A stretch of 64,000 nt of DNA from the NCBI GenBank assembly GCA_965231045.1, contig OZ246406.1, positions 180,295 through 244,294 on the forward strand, given 5' to 3'. The position numbers and the translations under genes were made by a program. Source of the stretch: an uncultured Candidatus Saccharibacteria bacterium (lineage in GTDB: Bacteria; Patescibacteriota; Saccharimonadia; Saccharimonadales; JAGQNJ01). The notes under the pieces are model-generated. The model was not told the DNA's origin, did no database searches, and saw only the letters and a list, made by a program, of their open reading frames with translations. Within the stretch, counting starts at the first letter, position 1, and each line of letters begins with the position of its first letter. This document shows positions 38,792 to 48,155 of the stretch, in pieces.

Positions 38792-38825
38792 GTAATCTCC
38801 TTATTACTCTATATATTGTAACAAA

Positions 38826-40007
38826 TTATCTAATCAATTGATGACTATAAGTGCGCATTGTTTCAGGGCTATGTCGCCACGCTACAAAATAGCGGTTTAA
38901 TTGGAACCAGCATGAAAATAATACTGCCACTGTCATAACACCAAAACCTACATTGCGAGCTAGCGGGTTTATTGGGAAAACTGTAAACCATTGCTGAAGA
39001 AGTAGTGTTATGCCACCAACAACCAGTAGATATACAATAGGCAAAACAACGACTGTAGGTATATTCAAAATGGCGATAAGGACTAATAATGTAACACTTA
39101 GCCAAACAATAAACTGTGTACGGACAAGCGTAAATCGTAAATAGTAAGCGTAGAAGCCAACAACAAACATTGCCCCCGTGAACATATCCATAATTGGCAG
39201 CCGACCAAGCCAGTAACTATCAGCAGGCCCTCTAACAAATAATTGCGTCGGAACTATAATAATGCGTTTCGCCATTTCAAGTGGTAATAATGTCTGCGGG
39301 ATTGAAAAAATATCCAGAACAAAGTGAAAGTCTTTGAACGTGGCGTAAACGGCAGGCATTAAGAGTAGGCCAAACAGTACACTAGATAATACCCATAACC
39401 ATACTGGGTTTTGTTTTAATAAATTGATAATGGATTTAAATTGCCAGGCTACACCCAGCACTAATAGCCAGGCCATACCCGGCGAATAAACCAGCAACGC
39501 CGCACATATTGCGGCGAGGACTAGTGAAATCTTTGAAGCCTTCTTTTGATGGACCAAGGCTCCTATAAATAGAATGCTCAAGACATTAAATACATACAAA
39601 ATTGTTGGTGTTGCGCTTCTTGATATCGCCAAAAACCAGCTAGAGCATAGAAACATTAATCCACCAAGGATGGCTACTCGTGGTGTGTGCCACCTTTTGA
39701 GAAGTAAGTAAAAGCCCCAAACACATGCCAGGCCAATTAGTGCGCTAATGCTTCTGATCTCAATAGGTAAATTCATATGCAGTTTAAATAAGATATACTC
39801 ACCTAATTTAAATGGCAGGAACATTGGATTGGCTAGTATAGTTTTGAGAGAAGTAGTACCTTGTAAATATAGGAGTTCTTGTTCAGAAAAACCTCGAGTA
39901 AGACTACCCAAGCGAAATCCTAATACAAATATTGCAAAACATGTCCCGAGCACCACAGTTAGAACAGGCTTCCAAACTTTAATAATGAAAGATTTCAGCT
40001 TTTGCAT
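38826..40007 (-). CDS. Polytopic membrane protein (about 11 TM, possibly a GT-C/ArnT-like glycosyltransferase)
   Basis: Hydrophobicity pattern only. No catalytic motif confirmed. Confidence 0.5.
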   Translation of the reverse strand: MQKLKSFIIKVWKPVLTVVLGTCFAIFVLGFRLGSLTRGFSEQELLYLQGTTSLKTILANPMFLPFKLGEYILFKLHMNLPIEIRSISALIGLACVWGFYLLLKRWHTPRVAILGGLMFLCSSWFLAISRSATPTILYVFNVLSILFIGALVHQKKASKISLVLAAICAALLVYSPGMAWLLVLGVAWQFKSIINLLKQNPVWLWVLSSVLFGLLLMPAVYATFKDFHFVLDIFSIPQTLLPLEMAKRIIIVPTQLFVRGPADSYWLGRLPIMDMFTGAMFVVGFYAYYLRFTLVRTQFIVWLSVTLLVLIAILNIPTVVVLPIVYLLVVGGITLLLQQWFTVFPINPLARNVGFGVMTVAVLFSCWFQLNRYFVAWRHSPETMRTYSHQLIR

Positions 40008-40045
40008 AAAGATTATGTTTAGTATAACACTTTTAGAAGATTCAG

Positions 40046-41404
40046 TTACTGCACAAAAGGATCACTATGTTTATTATCGAGCGATCGAAAACGCTGTTTT
40101 TCCTTTTCAAAGTAAAGTTCAACACCACCAGTAGGACCGTTACGATGTTTCTTGATTAAAATATCTGTTATGTTTTTTCTTTCGGTTTCCGGATTGTAAT
40201 AATCTTCACGATAAATAAAGGCTACAACATCAGCATCTTGTTCGATTGATCCCGATTCACGTAGATCAGCCAACTGCGGTATCTGTGGGCTACGACTTTC
40301 AACTGAACGACTTAATTGACTTAATGCTAGAAGTGGAACATTTAACTCCCTGGCGATTCCTTTTAGGCCTCGCGAAATCTCTGAAATTTCTTGTACACGG
40401 TTGCCGTCGCCACCGTATCGTCCTCCACCACTCATAAGTTGCAAATAATCAACAATAATCAGGCCTAGCTTACGTTGATGGGCCTCACGACGGGCTTTAG
40501 TACGTAAATCACTAACTGTAATACCAGGTGTATCGTCAATATATATCTGAGCTTCAGACAATGTTCCCATAGCTTGACCGATTTTCTCAAAGTCAGTATC
40601 ACTCAAGTTCCCAGTTCTAAGCGCCCAAGCATCAACACCTGATTCCATAGCCAGCATGCGATCGACTAGCTGTTCTTTACTCATTTCCAGGCTAAAAAGC
40701 AGCACAGGTTCTTTAGACTTGACCGCAACGTTATGGGCGAGGTTAAGTGCTAGAGCTGTTTTACCCATAGACGGTCGTGCAGCAAGAATGATTAGATCAG
40801 AACGCTGTAGACCAGCTAAAATGTTATCAAGGTCTTTAAAGTTGGTTGGGACACCGCGAATACGCCCCTTGTCTTTATGTAATTCATCTAATCGATCAAA
40901 ACTTTCGCTTAAGATCGTCTCAAGGCTTACGACATCCTGTTTGACGTGTGTTTGACTTACATCAAAGAGTTTTGACTCCGCCGCTTCAATTAATTCTTGC
41001 AAGCTAGTAGATTCGTCATAACCCATACTTAAAGTGTCTTGACTGGCTTTAATTAGGCGTCTCCTCAACGCTTTCTGAGCAACAATTTCAGCATATTGTT
41101 CAACGTGAGCTGCAGTCGGTACATAATTAGTTAACTGTGTTAAATAACTTGCTCCACCGACCATTTCCAAAAGACCGTTATTCTTAAGTTGGTCAGTTAG
41201 CGTTAATACATCAATTGGGCTGTGTTTTTCGTATAACTGGGAGATGGCCTCAAAGATACGCTGGTGTTTTTCGTCATAAAAATCAACAGCTGATAGCATG
41301 TCAGCAACTTTTACAATTGCATCGCTATCAATGAGTAGAGCGCCAAGTAGACTAGCCTCGGCGTCAACATTTTGAGGTGGGATGTTGGCTGGTTCTGTGG
41401 CCAT
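40046..41404 (-). CDS. dnaB: Replicative DNA helicase DnaB
   Basis: PPQNVDAEASLLGALL N-terminus, Walker A ARPSMGKTA, SLEMS and QLSR motifs. Confidence 0.95.
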   Translation of the reverse strand: MATEPANIPPQNVDAEASLLGALLIDSDAIVKVADMLSAVDFYDEKHQRIFEAISQLYEKHSPIDVLTLTDQLKNNGLLEMVGGASYLTQLTNYVPTAAHVEQYAEIVAQKALRRRLIKASQDTLSMGYDESTSLQELIEAAESKLFDVSQTHVKQDVVSLETILSESFDRLDELHKDKGRIRGVPTNFKDLDNILAGLQRSDLIILAARPSMGKTALALNLAHNVAVKSKEPVLLFSLEMSKEQLVDRMLAMESGVDAWALRTGNLSDTDFEKIGQAMGTLSEAQIYIDDTPGITVSDLRTKARREAHQRKLGLIIVDYLQLMSGGGRYGGDGNRVQEISEISRGLKGIARELNVPLLALSQLSRSVESRSPQIPQLADLRESGSIEQDADVVAFIYREDYYNPETERKNITDILIKKHRNGPTGGVELYFEKEKQRFRSLDNKHSDPFVQ

Positions 41405-41408
41405 AATT

Positions 41409-42839
41409 TTAACTTTCTAGTATTTCCCCACCCCCGAAGATATCGGTGATAGTTTCTAGTGTATCAGACTTCACCTCCGTATGCTTAGCTTTGACAGGCT
41501 CAGAGGAGTCATTCGTGTCTTTAGTAATACATACAATAGTAGCTTCAATTCCAATCTCGTCAGCAATAACAGATTGAAGTAGCTCACGGTTTTTTGATTC
41601 ACTCATACGTTTTTGATGGAAAGGAAAACCAAAACATAGTGTTAAGGCACCATCCTCAATTGTCGGATTAGCCATGCGGACAATCCCATATACAGTATTA
41701 TGGCGTTTTTTGATTGCTTGAAGTATTTTTTGCCAGTTCTCAGGCTCAATTAATTTCTCTAGGTCAGATGACGATAGCTTTGATGGCGGTTTACTAACAG
41801 AAGTTTTCACCGGAGTTGTCACATCTACACTTTTTGGAGCTGGTTTTACTACTGGTGGATCTAACTCATTATGGATAATTTCTTGTTTATCAGAATGAGA
41901 TAATAAATAGTCAAATAGTATAAGTTCCAGACTTTTATCAGGACTTGCCGCACTTGGAACATGCAGTAACTTTTCCATTAAACCGAGGCCGTCAGGAAAG
42001 TTATTATCTTCAATTATGTTTGACTTTATACATAAAGACAGTTGGTGAGCGATCTGTGTCGGTTGAATACCCTGTTGTTCCATAATATTGAGTTGGTATA
42101 ACAAATCTTTTGGCTTCCCATGATGTAAAACTTCAATGAGCTCAGCAATGGCAGCTTCTGGAGCTACACCAAGCACATGTTCGACATCTTTGACAGATAT
42201 ATTATCGTTAGAACTTAACTGATCAAATAAGCTGATTGCATCTCTAAGGCCGCCCTGACTATGTTCAGCAATTAGCGATAGCGCATCATCAGATATAGTG
42301 ATCTTTTCCTTTTTTGCTAGAGATTTCAAATGTTTTTCAATCACTTGATTGTCGATGGGTTTCAGATTGAACCGTTGAGTACGGCTTATGATTGTCTCTG
42401 GGAGCTTATGTACCTCAGTTGTGGCCAGTATAAAAATCACATGCTCAGGTGGCTCTTCAAGTGTCTTAAGCAGTGCGTTAAAAGCTTCTTTGGTCAACAT
42501 ATGTACTTCGTCAATGATATAAACCTTATATTTAGCCGAAGTCGGTGCTAGTCGTACTTTTTCACGAATATCACGAATTTCATCAATTCGTCGATTACTG
42601 GCTGCATCAATCTCAATAATGTCTAAGTGTGATTGATCACTATATGGTAAATTATTGACTTCAAACGCTAATATTCGGGCAATACTTGTCTTGCCTACAC
42701 CCCTCGGTCCAGTCAGCAAGTACGCGTGACTGATTTTACCGCTTTTAAGAGCGTTTTTAAGCGTTGTAGTGACGTGTTCTTGTCCGACTACTTCATCTAA
42801 CGTCTTTGAACGATATTTACGATATAAAGCCTCTCCCAT
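41409..42839 (-). CDS. dnaX: DNA polymerase III subunit gamma/tau
   Basis: GPRGVGKTS, IIDEVHML, LLKTLEEPP and SRTQRF motifs. Confidence 0.92.
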   Translation of the reverse strand: MGEALYRKYRSKTLDEVVGQEHVTTTLKNALKSGKISHAYLLTGPRGVGKTSIARILAFEVNNLPYSDQSHLDIIEIDAASNRRIDEIRDIREKVRLAPTSAKYKVYIIDEVHMLTKEAFNALLKTLEEPPEHVIFILATTEVHKLPETIISRTQRFNLKPIDNQVIEKHLKSLAKKEKITISDDALSLIAEHSQGGLRDAISLFDQLSSNDNISVKDVEHVLGVAPEAAIAELIEVLHHGKPKDLLYQLNIMEQQGIQPTQIAHQLSLCIKSNIIEDNNFPDGLGLMEKLLHVPSAASPDKSLELILFDYLLSHSDKQEIIHNELDPPVVKPAPKSVDVTTPVKTSVSKPPSKLSSSDLEKLIEPENWQKILQAIKKRHNTVYGIVRMANPTIEDGALTLCFGFPFHQKRMSESKNRELLQSVIADEIGIEATIVCITKDTNDSSEPVKAKHTEVKSDTLETITDIFGGGEILES

Positions 42840-42889
42840 AGCCTATTTATTATAAAACAATATAAGTCTCTTGTTGTTGTGGTTTATAT

Positions 42890-43699
42890 TTAGGCGACTG
42901 TTCGAGTCAGGCCTTGCTGATCGTTGAAATCTTGTACCCGTTGTTGTAGTCCGTTATGAATTTGAGCAATACGGCTAACTATGTGAGGTTTGTAGTTTGG
43001 TTCATAAGTAAGTTGTTCAACGGGAGTCAATGTAGCCATTTCGCCGATGACGCGTTTGTACTCAGGCACTGTCTGTAGCCCTCGAACGAGACCAATGGCA
43101 CATAATCCGGTAGCTGTAGTAGTTAATGCCTTCGATGCTTCAGGATATGGTTTTTTTAGACCAGCACCTAACACTGTCCAAGACAAACCGGTGCCAACCC
43201 ACCACATAGATTCTTTACCTCGGTCGGCTGATGGGATTGGAACAGGCCAGCCCTCGCCGTGTTTTATATAGTGATTAGCTAGAGTAGTAAAACCTACTGC
43301 ACCTGTTACGGCCTCCTTTAAGACCATAGTCCCAACTACAGCTTTTGCTTTAGGTGGTACCTCTCTTACGGTCAAAACAGATGCTCCCAATGCGATGTTT
43401 CTTAATCTGTCAAAAATCTGATCTGTCCAGCCACCTTCATTTTGGCGTTTTTGGGCAGCCTTTGGGTTTCTCTTAGCAAATCTTCGTGCCTCTGCCCCAT
43501 CGGCCCAGTCAAAGGCTGCAGATGCGGCGGCCAAAGCAGCACCGCGTACAAAACGTCGCTTAACAACTTCTCTGGCACCTAGAACACCAAGCGCACCACC
43601 CACAGCTGAAATATGAGATGCCCAACATCTGTCTTTTATCGGGTGTAATCTTTCAGGAGATGTATCTTCGAGGTACGCTCCATTTATGTGTGATTTCAT
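42890..43699 (-). CDS. Divergent CDP-alcohol phosphatidyltransferase-like membrane protein
   Basis: DWADGAEARRF...GGWTDQIFD matches DG(x)2AR...G(x)3D(x)3D (compare E. coli PgsA DWFDGFLARRW...GAFLDPVAD). The spacer between the half-motifs is 17 aa. Several Ala/Gly-rich hydrophobic segments. Confidence 0.45.
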   Translation of the reverse strand: MKSHINGAYLEDTSPERLHPIKDRCWASHISAVGGALGVLGAREVVKRRFVRGAALAAASAAFDWADGAEARRFAKRNPKAAQKRQNEGGWTDQIFDRLRNIALGASVLTVREVPPKAKAVVGTMVLKEAVTGAVGFTTLANHYIKHGEGWPVPIPSADRGKESMWWVGTGLSWTVLGAGLKKPYPEASKALTTTATGLCAIGLVRGLQTVPEYKRVIGEMATLTPVEQLTYEPNYKPHIVSRIAQIHNGLQQRVQDFNDQQGLTRTVA

Positions 43700-43741
43700 A
43701 AGTTATAGTTATACCATCTTTCTAGACTACAACCATGAGCA

Positions 43742-43990
43742 TTAATATCTAAGTGAAAAGTATGCCCAGGCCAGCATATATGTCGCTACTAGCAATAATA
43801 AAATGATTAGAATAAAGAGAAAGAAGTGCCAGAGCTGCCTTGGAGATTTATAGAGGGGATGGTACTTTGATCGAGCATAATCAAGATCTTTAGGGTCATT
43901 GGGGCTTAGTGGTTTACGGGTGGTCCATACCCAGACAAACATTATTCGTTCAGCAATATTTGCAACTACAGCAAAAAAAATCTCTAACAA
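43742..43990 (-). CDS. small hypothetical membrane protein, 82 aa
   Basis: Two hydrophobic helices. No motif recognised. Confidence 0.4.
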   Translation of the reverse strand: MLEIFFAVVANIAERIMFVWVWTTRKPLSPNDPKDLDYARSKYHPLYKSPRQLWHFFLFILIILLLLVATYMLAWAYFSLRY

Positions 43991-44000
43991 TCCCTAACAT

Positions 44001-44510
44001 TTACAATGCGGCTTCGAGAGCGGCCCATTCGACGTTTTGGTCGTCTTCTGGTAGGTTTACGCTGACTTGATCACCAGGCTTCGCCTTGAAATATGTAACA
44101 CTTGCGAGAAGTACACGATATTGTTTACCGTCGATATCAACAAAGTAGTGACCTTCTTCCATTTTGAGAACGCCAACTTTTTGAACACGTGGCACAGGAC
44201 CAATTTGTTTGTATAAGAAAGTTCCATCATCTGAAATACTGAGCTTTAAAATATCCCCTTGTACTAATTTGGACTTTGAGGCGTAATTTGCAGGTACAGG
44301 ATAATTCTTGCCATCACTTCCGACCATACTTTGCCCATCAAAAACTCCCTCTATTACCTTACCAATTTGTTCTTCGGCAGCTTTGTTTACAATTTCATCA
44401 TCTTCACCAACAAGACTTACAAGTAATTCCTTGGCTGCAGCTAAACTAGTCTCAGCCTCTTGGATAAGAATTTTTAATCGCTTTACTTGTTTCTCCGGTA
44501 CGTCTGGCAT
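44001..44510 (-). CDS. hypothetical protein, 169 aa
   Basis: Intact ORF. N-terminal coiled-coil-like helix followed by a beta-rich region. No motif recognised. Confidence 0.55.
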   Translation of the reverse strand: MPDVPEKQVKRLKILIQEAETSLAAAKELLVSLVGEDDEIVNKAAEEQIGKVIEGVFDGQSMVGSDGKNYPVPANYASKSKLVQGDILKLSISDDGTFLYKQIGPVPRVQKVGVLKMEEGHYFVDIDGKQYRVLLASVTYFKAKPGDQVSVNLPEDDQNVEWAALEAAL

Positions 44511-44623
44511 TTGTATGTCTCTCTAGTGTTTGTTTATACACTTACTTCCCTCACGCTATCATGCAAGGGCTAAAAAGTAAAGGTAGCTAAACACTAAGCT
44601 GTGGAAAAAACGAGCATAAAACA

Positions 44624-44650
44624 AAAAACCACCCTTGTAGAGTGGTTTTT
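44624..44650 (-). terminator. Terminator-like hairpin downstream of rplL
   Basis: aaaaaccac / gtggttttt 9-bp (AU-rich) stem, T-rich on both sides. Confidence 0.45.
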
Positions 44651-44667
44651 GACCAAAATGATTGGAT

Positions 44668-45048
44668 TTAGACAAGTTCGACAGTTGCGCCAGCTTCTTC
44701 AAGAGCTTTCTTAGCAGCTTCTGCGTCTTCTTTCTTAGCCTTTTCAAGTACAGGCTTTGGTGCACCATCAACAACTGCTTTAGCTTCACCAAGTCCAAGA
44801 CCAGTGATATCCTTAACAGCCTTAATAACTGCAACTTTTTGAGCACCGGCGTCTTTTAGTACAACGTCGTACTCACTCTTCTCTTCTTCTGCTGGAGCAG
44901 CATCGCCGCCGGCAGCAGGACCAGCAACTGCAACTGCTGCTGCAGCTGGTTCAATACCGTATTCATCCTTAAGGATGTTCTTAAGTTCGTTAACTTCTAC
45001 TACAGATAGCTTGGTGAGCTCTTCTGCAAGTTTCTTTAAATCTGCCAT
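44668..45048 (-). CDS. rplL: 50S ribosomal protein L7/L12
   Basis: Ala-rich hinge and C-terminal [23 protein letters not shown]. Start at the second ATG, 6 nt after AAGGAG. Confidence 0.95.
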   Translation of the reverse strand: MADLKKLAEELTKLSVVEVNELKNILKDEYGIEPAAAAVAVAGPAAGGDAAPAEEEKSEYDVVLKDAGAQKVAVIKAVKDITGLGLGEAKAVVDGAPKPVLEKAKKEDAEAAKKALEEAGATVELV

Positions 45049-45066
45049 AATCATCTCCTTAGTTGT

Positions 45067-45591
45067 TTAATTACTTGCCTTAGCTTCTACAGCGTCCAGT
45101 AATCCGTGAAGATTGCCTGAAATTGCTGACATAACATCGTTAAGTGGTGAGCTAAGGGTTGCGAGCACTTCAGCAATAAGCTGAGGCTTGCTTGGCAACG
45201 TGGCCAAAGCCTTGACTTCATCTACACCAAGGAACTTGCCATCAGAGCTTATTGCACCGACAAACTCTAGGTTTGGGTTGCTTTTAGCAAAGTTTGCAAG
45301 TGTCTGCGCTGGTGCAACTTCATCTTCGCTGTTAAATGCATAGAGAAGTTGACCTTTAAGACCATTAGTGTCGACATCTTTAAGCGATTCATTGCCTTCG
45401 ATTGCTTTAATAACTAGACGGTTTTTTAGAACTCGTACTGTTGTTCCGCCAGACTTTGCGTCTCGACGTAATTGCTGCATAGCCTTTACGCTTGTACCTG
45501 GATAAGCAGCCACAACTGTCATTTTAGCGTTTGAAAGCAAGGTGCTTACTTCGTCAATGACTTCTTTCTTCTGTTCTTTTGTTAAAGCCAT
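45067..45591 (-). CDS. rplJ: 50S ribosomal protein L10
   Basis: Conserved L10 N-terminal domain and its position upstream of rplL. Confidence 0.93.
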   Translation of the reverse strand: MALTKEQKKEVIDEVSTLLSNAKMTVVAAYPGTSVKAMQQLRRDAKSGGTTVRVLKNRLVIKAIEGNESLKDVDTNGLKGQLLYAFNSEDEVAPAQTLANFAKSNPNLEFVGAISSDGKFLGVDEVKALATLPSKPQLIAEVLATLSSPLNDVMSAISGNLHGLLDAVEAKASN

Positions 45592-45651
45592 ATAATTTCC
45601 TTACTTCTTAATTTATCGACCTAGATTGTAAAAGTTCGGTGTTCCAAAGTA

Positions 45652-45679
45652 ATAAAAAAGTCTTTGGATGGCCAAAGAC
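45652..45679 (-). terminator. Rho-independent terminator between ilvA and rplJ
   Basis: gtctttgg / ccaaagac perfect 8-bp stem, 4-nt loop, followed on the minus strand by a U6-7 run. Confidence 0.7.
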
Positions 45680-45830
45680 TAAAAACGTGTATACAAAACA
45701 AAAAGTTGACTTGTACCTCGGTGGCAAATTAAGCTTTCGCAGCCACTGTCTTTGGCAAACAAGATAATATTAACAGATAGAGCTTCTTGGGTCAACACCT
45801 TTGGAAAAATGGATTTTGATCTGGCTCACT

Positions 45831-47366
45831 TTATTGGCTAAAACGATCAATTTCTGCCTCAGGAACGGGAGCGTGCCACTTAGTATGAGTTGCTAAAACT
45901 GTCTCTAAACTTTGGGTATGAGGCGCTTGGAACCCAATTAGCACTTTTCCGCGGTCACCACCGTTATTGCGATATTGGAAAAGGCTAATGTTCCAGCGTT
46001 GTCCAACATGCGTTAAAAATTCTGTAAGCGCCCCGGGCCGTTCTGGAAATTCAAGCTCGTAAAACGCCTCTTCACCGCGTGTTGTATCATGACAAGCTGT
46101 CCCAAGAAGATATTTGCTATATTCGGCGAACGAGCTAGCCGATATATCATCAAAATTATATCCGTTGTCAGCAAGTTTAGTTTTAAAGTTTTCAAGATCG
46201 TCTTGATTACTAATTTCTACTCCCACCATAAAACGTGCTTTATTTGGATCAGTAAGACGATAACGAAACTCTGTAATACTATGACCATTTATGACATCCC
46301 TACACAATTCTAATAAGGCGCCGGCTCGTTCAGGCAAGTCAATTATGAATTGCCCCTGTTTGTGTCTGCCAATCTCACTACGTTCGACAATGGCCTGTAG
46401 TCTTGAGAATGACATATTCGCTCCCGAACATATAGCAACTGGAAGTATGTCACCAACTGTTTTTGCAAAGTCACTATACTGTGCAATGCCTGCAATGGCT
46501 AAAGCGCCGGCAGGTTCCAGAATACTTCTTGTTTCATTGTAGAAAGCTTCAATTGCCGCAGAAATTGCATCGTTATCAACTGTAATCACTTCATCCACGT
46601 ATTGTTTTGCCATATTGAAAGTGAGATCGCCAACTTGTTTTACGGCAACACCATCAGCAAAGATTCCCACGTGATCAAGTGTAACGGGGTAGCCTGCTTC
46701 TAACGATAGTTTCATGGCATCACTATCCTCTGGCTCAACACCCACGATTCTTATATGCTGAGTATCATTTCTATTTTTGAAATAAGATGCGATACCAGCG
46801 ATTAAACCTCCACCCCCAACCGGTACAAACACGTGCGATACAGCTGTTGTATAACGAGCAATTTCGTGTGCAACTGTTGCTTGGCCGGCAATAACATCAG
46901 GGTCATCAAAAGGATGCACGAAACTCATATTAGTTCCTGATAATAAACGTTGGCTTGCTTCATATGCGTCAGAGTAGCTGTCACCCTCAAGTATGACATG
47001 GCCACCTAGTCTTTTGACTGCATCAACTTTAATCATAGGGGTAGTTCTTGGCATAACAATTGTTGCCTTTGTCCCAACCTCTCGTGCAGCAAATGCCACA
47101 CCCTGTGCATGATTGCCAGCACTTGCGGCAAGCACACCTTCTTCTAGAACATTTTCGGGTAATTTCAAAATTGCATTAAGTGCCCCCCGAACCTTAAAAG
47201 AATGTACTTCAGTCAGGTCTTCACGCTTAAGGAGTAATTCCATTCCGAGCTCTTCTTGAAGTATAGGGGCACTTTCTAAAGGGGTCGGAGGTATATAAGT
47301 CCCGATGCGTTCGGCTGCCATTTCGGCTTCCTGGATAAATTTGTTAGCCGGCATAAGCTTACTCAT
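45831..47366 (-). CDS. ilvA: Threonine ammonia-lyase (biosynthetic-type IlvA with two C-terminal regulatory domains)
   Basis: PLP-lysine motif SFKVRGA and the glycine loop GGGGL. 511 aa with a duplicated ACT-like tail. Confidence 0.9.
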   Translation of the reverse strand: MSKLMPANKFIQEAEMAAERIGTYIPPTPLESAPILQEELGMELLLKREDLTEVHSFKVRGALNAILKLPENVLEEGVLAASAGNHAQGVAFAAREVGTKATIVMPRTTPMIKVDAVKRLGGHVILEGDSYSDAYEASQRLLSGTNMSFVHPFDDPDVIAGQATVAHEIARYTTAVSHVFVPVGGGGLIAGIASYFKNRNDTQHIRIVGVEPEDSDAMKLSLEAGYPVTLDHVGIFADGVAVKQVGDLTFNMAKQYVDEVITVDNDAISAAIEAFYNETRSILEPAGALAIAGIAQYSDFAKTVGDILPVAICSGANMSFSRLQAIVERSEIGRHKQGQFIIDLPERAGALLELCRDVINGHSITEFRYRLTDPNKARFMVGVEISNQDDLENFKTKLADNGYNFDDISASSFAEYSKYLLGTACHDTTRGEEAFYELEFPERPGALTEFLTHVGQRWNISLFQYRNNGGDRGKVLIGFQAPHTQSLETVLATHTKWHAPVPEAEIDRFSQ

Positions 47367-47524
47367 TAGAAATCCTTAGTATTTAAAAACAAAACCGCAT
47401 TCTTGTGGGGTTGCTCTTAATGTTCGACAAATAAACTCTTAGCCCCGTGTAGTGTCCTACCAATAACACTAATAATTATTGGTTGAGTTATTGTTATATA
47501 GATTGCACTTATTTCAGTTGTTTG

Positions 47525-47791
47525 TCAAGCAGGAAGGTTAGCCCTTATTTCCCAATAGCTTTGCTCAGGCTGCACGGAGACTTTTGTTACATCAACAGTG
47601 TCTCGTACTGGTGCGTTACCACTGCCACGACTAACTTTAGCTAGCAACTTTGGGTCAACATCACCACTTAGACGAGCCATACGAATCGTGTGCTCAATCT
47701 CTGCTCTTACGTCCTTATCGGTACGATCGACTGTTGTGTCTCCACTCAAAATAGCTCGATGTTTCTCACCAATTTGTTTAATCCTATCCAT
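47525..47791 (-). CDS. hypothetical protein, 88 aa
   Basis: AGGAGA Shine-Dalgarno upstream of the ATG at 47791. No motif recognised. Confidence 0.5.
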   Translation of the reverse strand: MDRIKQIGEKHRAILSGDTTVDRTDKDVRAEIEHTIRMARLSGDVDPKLLAKVSRGSGNAPVRDTVDVTKVSVQPEQSYWEIRANLPA

Positions 47792-47823
47792 TTCTATTCT
47801 CCTAATATTAAAAAGACTTCTTA

Positions 47824-47893
47824 TTGAAGCCTGATTTTAGGGCTGTACTAAAGCGAATTTCGCTCAGGCTTCAACACTTGCGAAGCACAGCCC
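47824..47893. ncRNA. Pseudoknot-capable structured element (unassigned; possible cis-regulatory RNA)
   Basis: 11-bp stem between 47824-47834 and 47864-47874. Inner hairpin gcga/tcgc. The loop segment gggctgt (47840-47846) is complementary to acagccc (47887-47893), which lies outside the stem. Confidence 0.35.
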
Positions 47894-47971
47894 GTTAAGG
47901 CCGAGGAGAAGATTTAGAGACTTCGCAATGATACCTGACATATCTGCCGATTGTACACTTAGGTAATTGGC

Positions 47972-48000
47972 TTGACAAGACCCGCTCACAGGAGTAAATT
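47972..48000 (+). promoter_or_regulatory. Candidate sigma70-type promoter of the 48156 operon
   Basis: Consensus TTGACA (47972-47977), 17-nt spacer, TAAATT (47995-48000). Confidence 0.5.
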
Positions 48001-48120
48001 AGTTCCTCGTGGCTACATTACACCAAACAATTGTGAAGATCTGGCAATACCGCCCATATGGTATTGTGCTCGTCTTTGCCTAATTGGTTGGATCTGTAGT
48101 TTAATAACGTAAACGAGTAC

Positions 48121-48152
48121 AAGCCGGATCCAACAATAAGGGACCGGCTTTT
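48121..48152 (+). terminator. Terminator-like hairpin inside a 5' leader (candidate attenuator)
   Basis: aagccgg / ccggctt stem followed by TTTT, ending 4 nt before the ATG at 48156. The upstream gttggatc (48087-48094) is complementary to gatccaac (48127-48134). Confidence 0.5.
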
Positions 48153-48155
48153 ATA

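Noticed and set aside
44559-44859. ORFs 44559-44846 (minus) and 44662-44859 (plus) overlapping rplL
   Set aside because: They are out-of-frame or antisense overlaps of a universally conserved ribosomal protein gene.
45680-45830. L10 (rplJ) leader RNA between ilvA and rplJ
   Set aside because: This stretch lies upstream of a strong terminator (45652-45679) and so belongs to the ilvA 3' UTR. Only about 60 nt remain between that terminator and the rplJ start, which is too short for the known L10 leader fold. A weak TACAAT (rc of 45625-45630) may be the rplJ promoter, but the -35 is poor.
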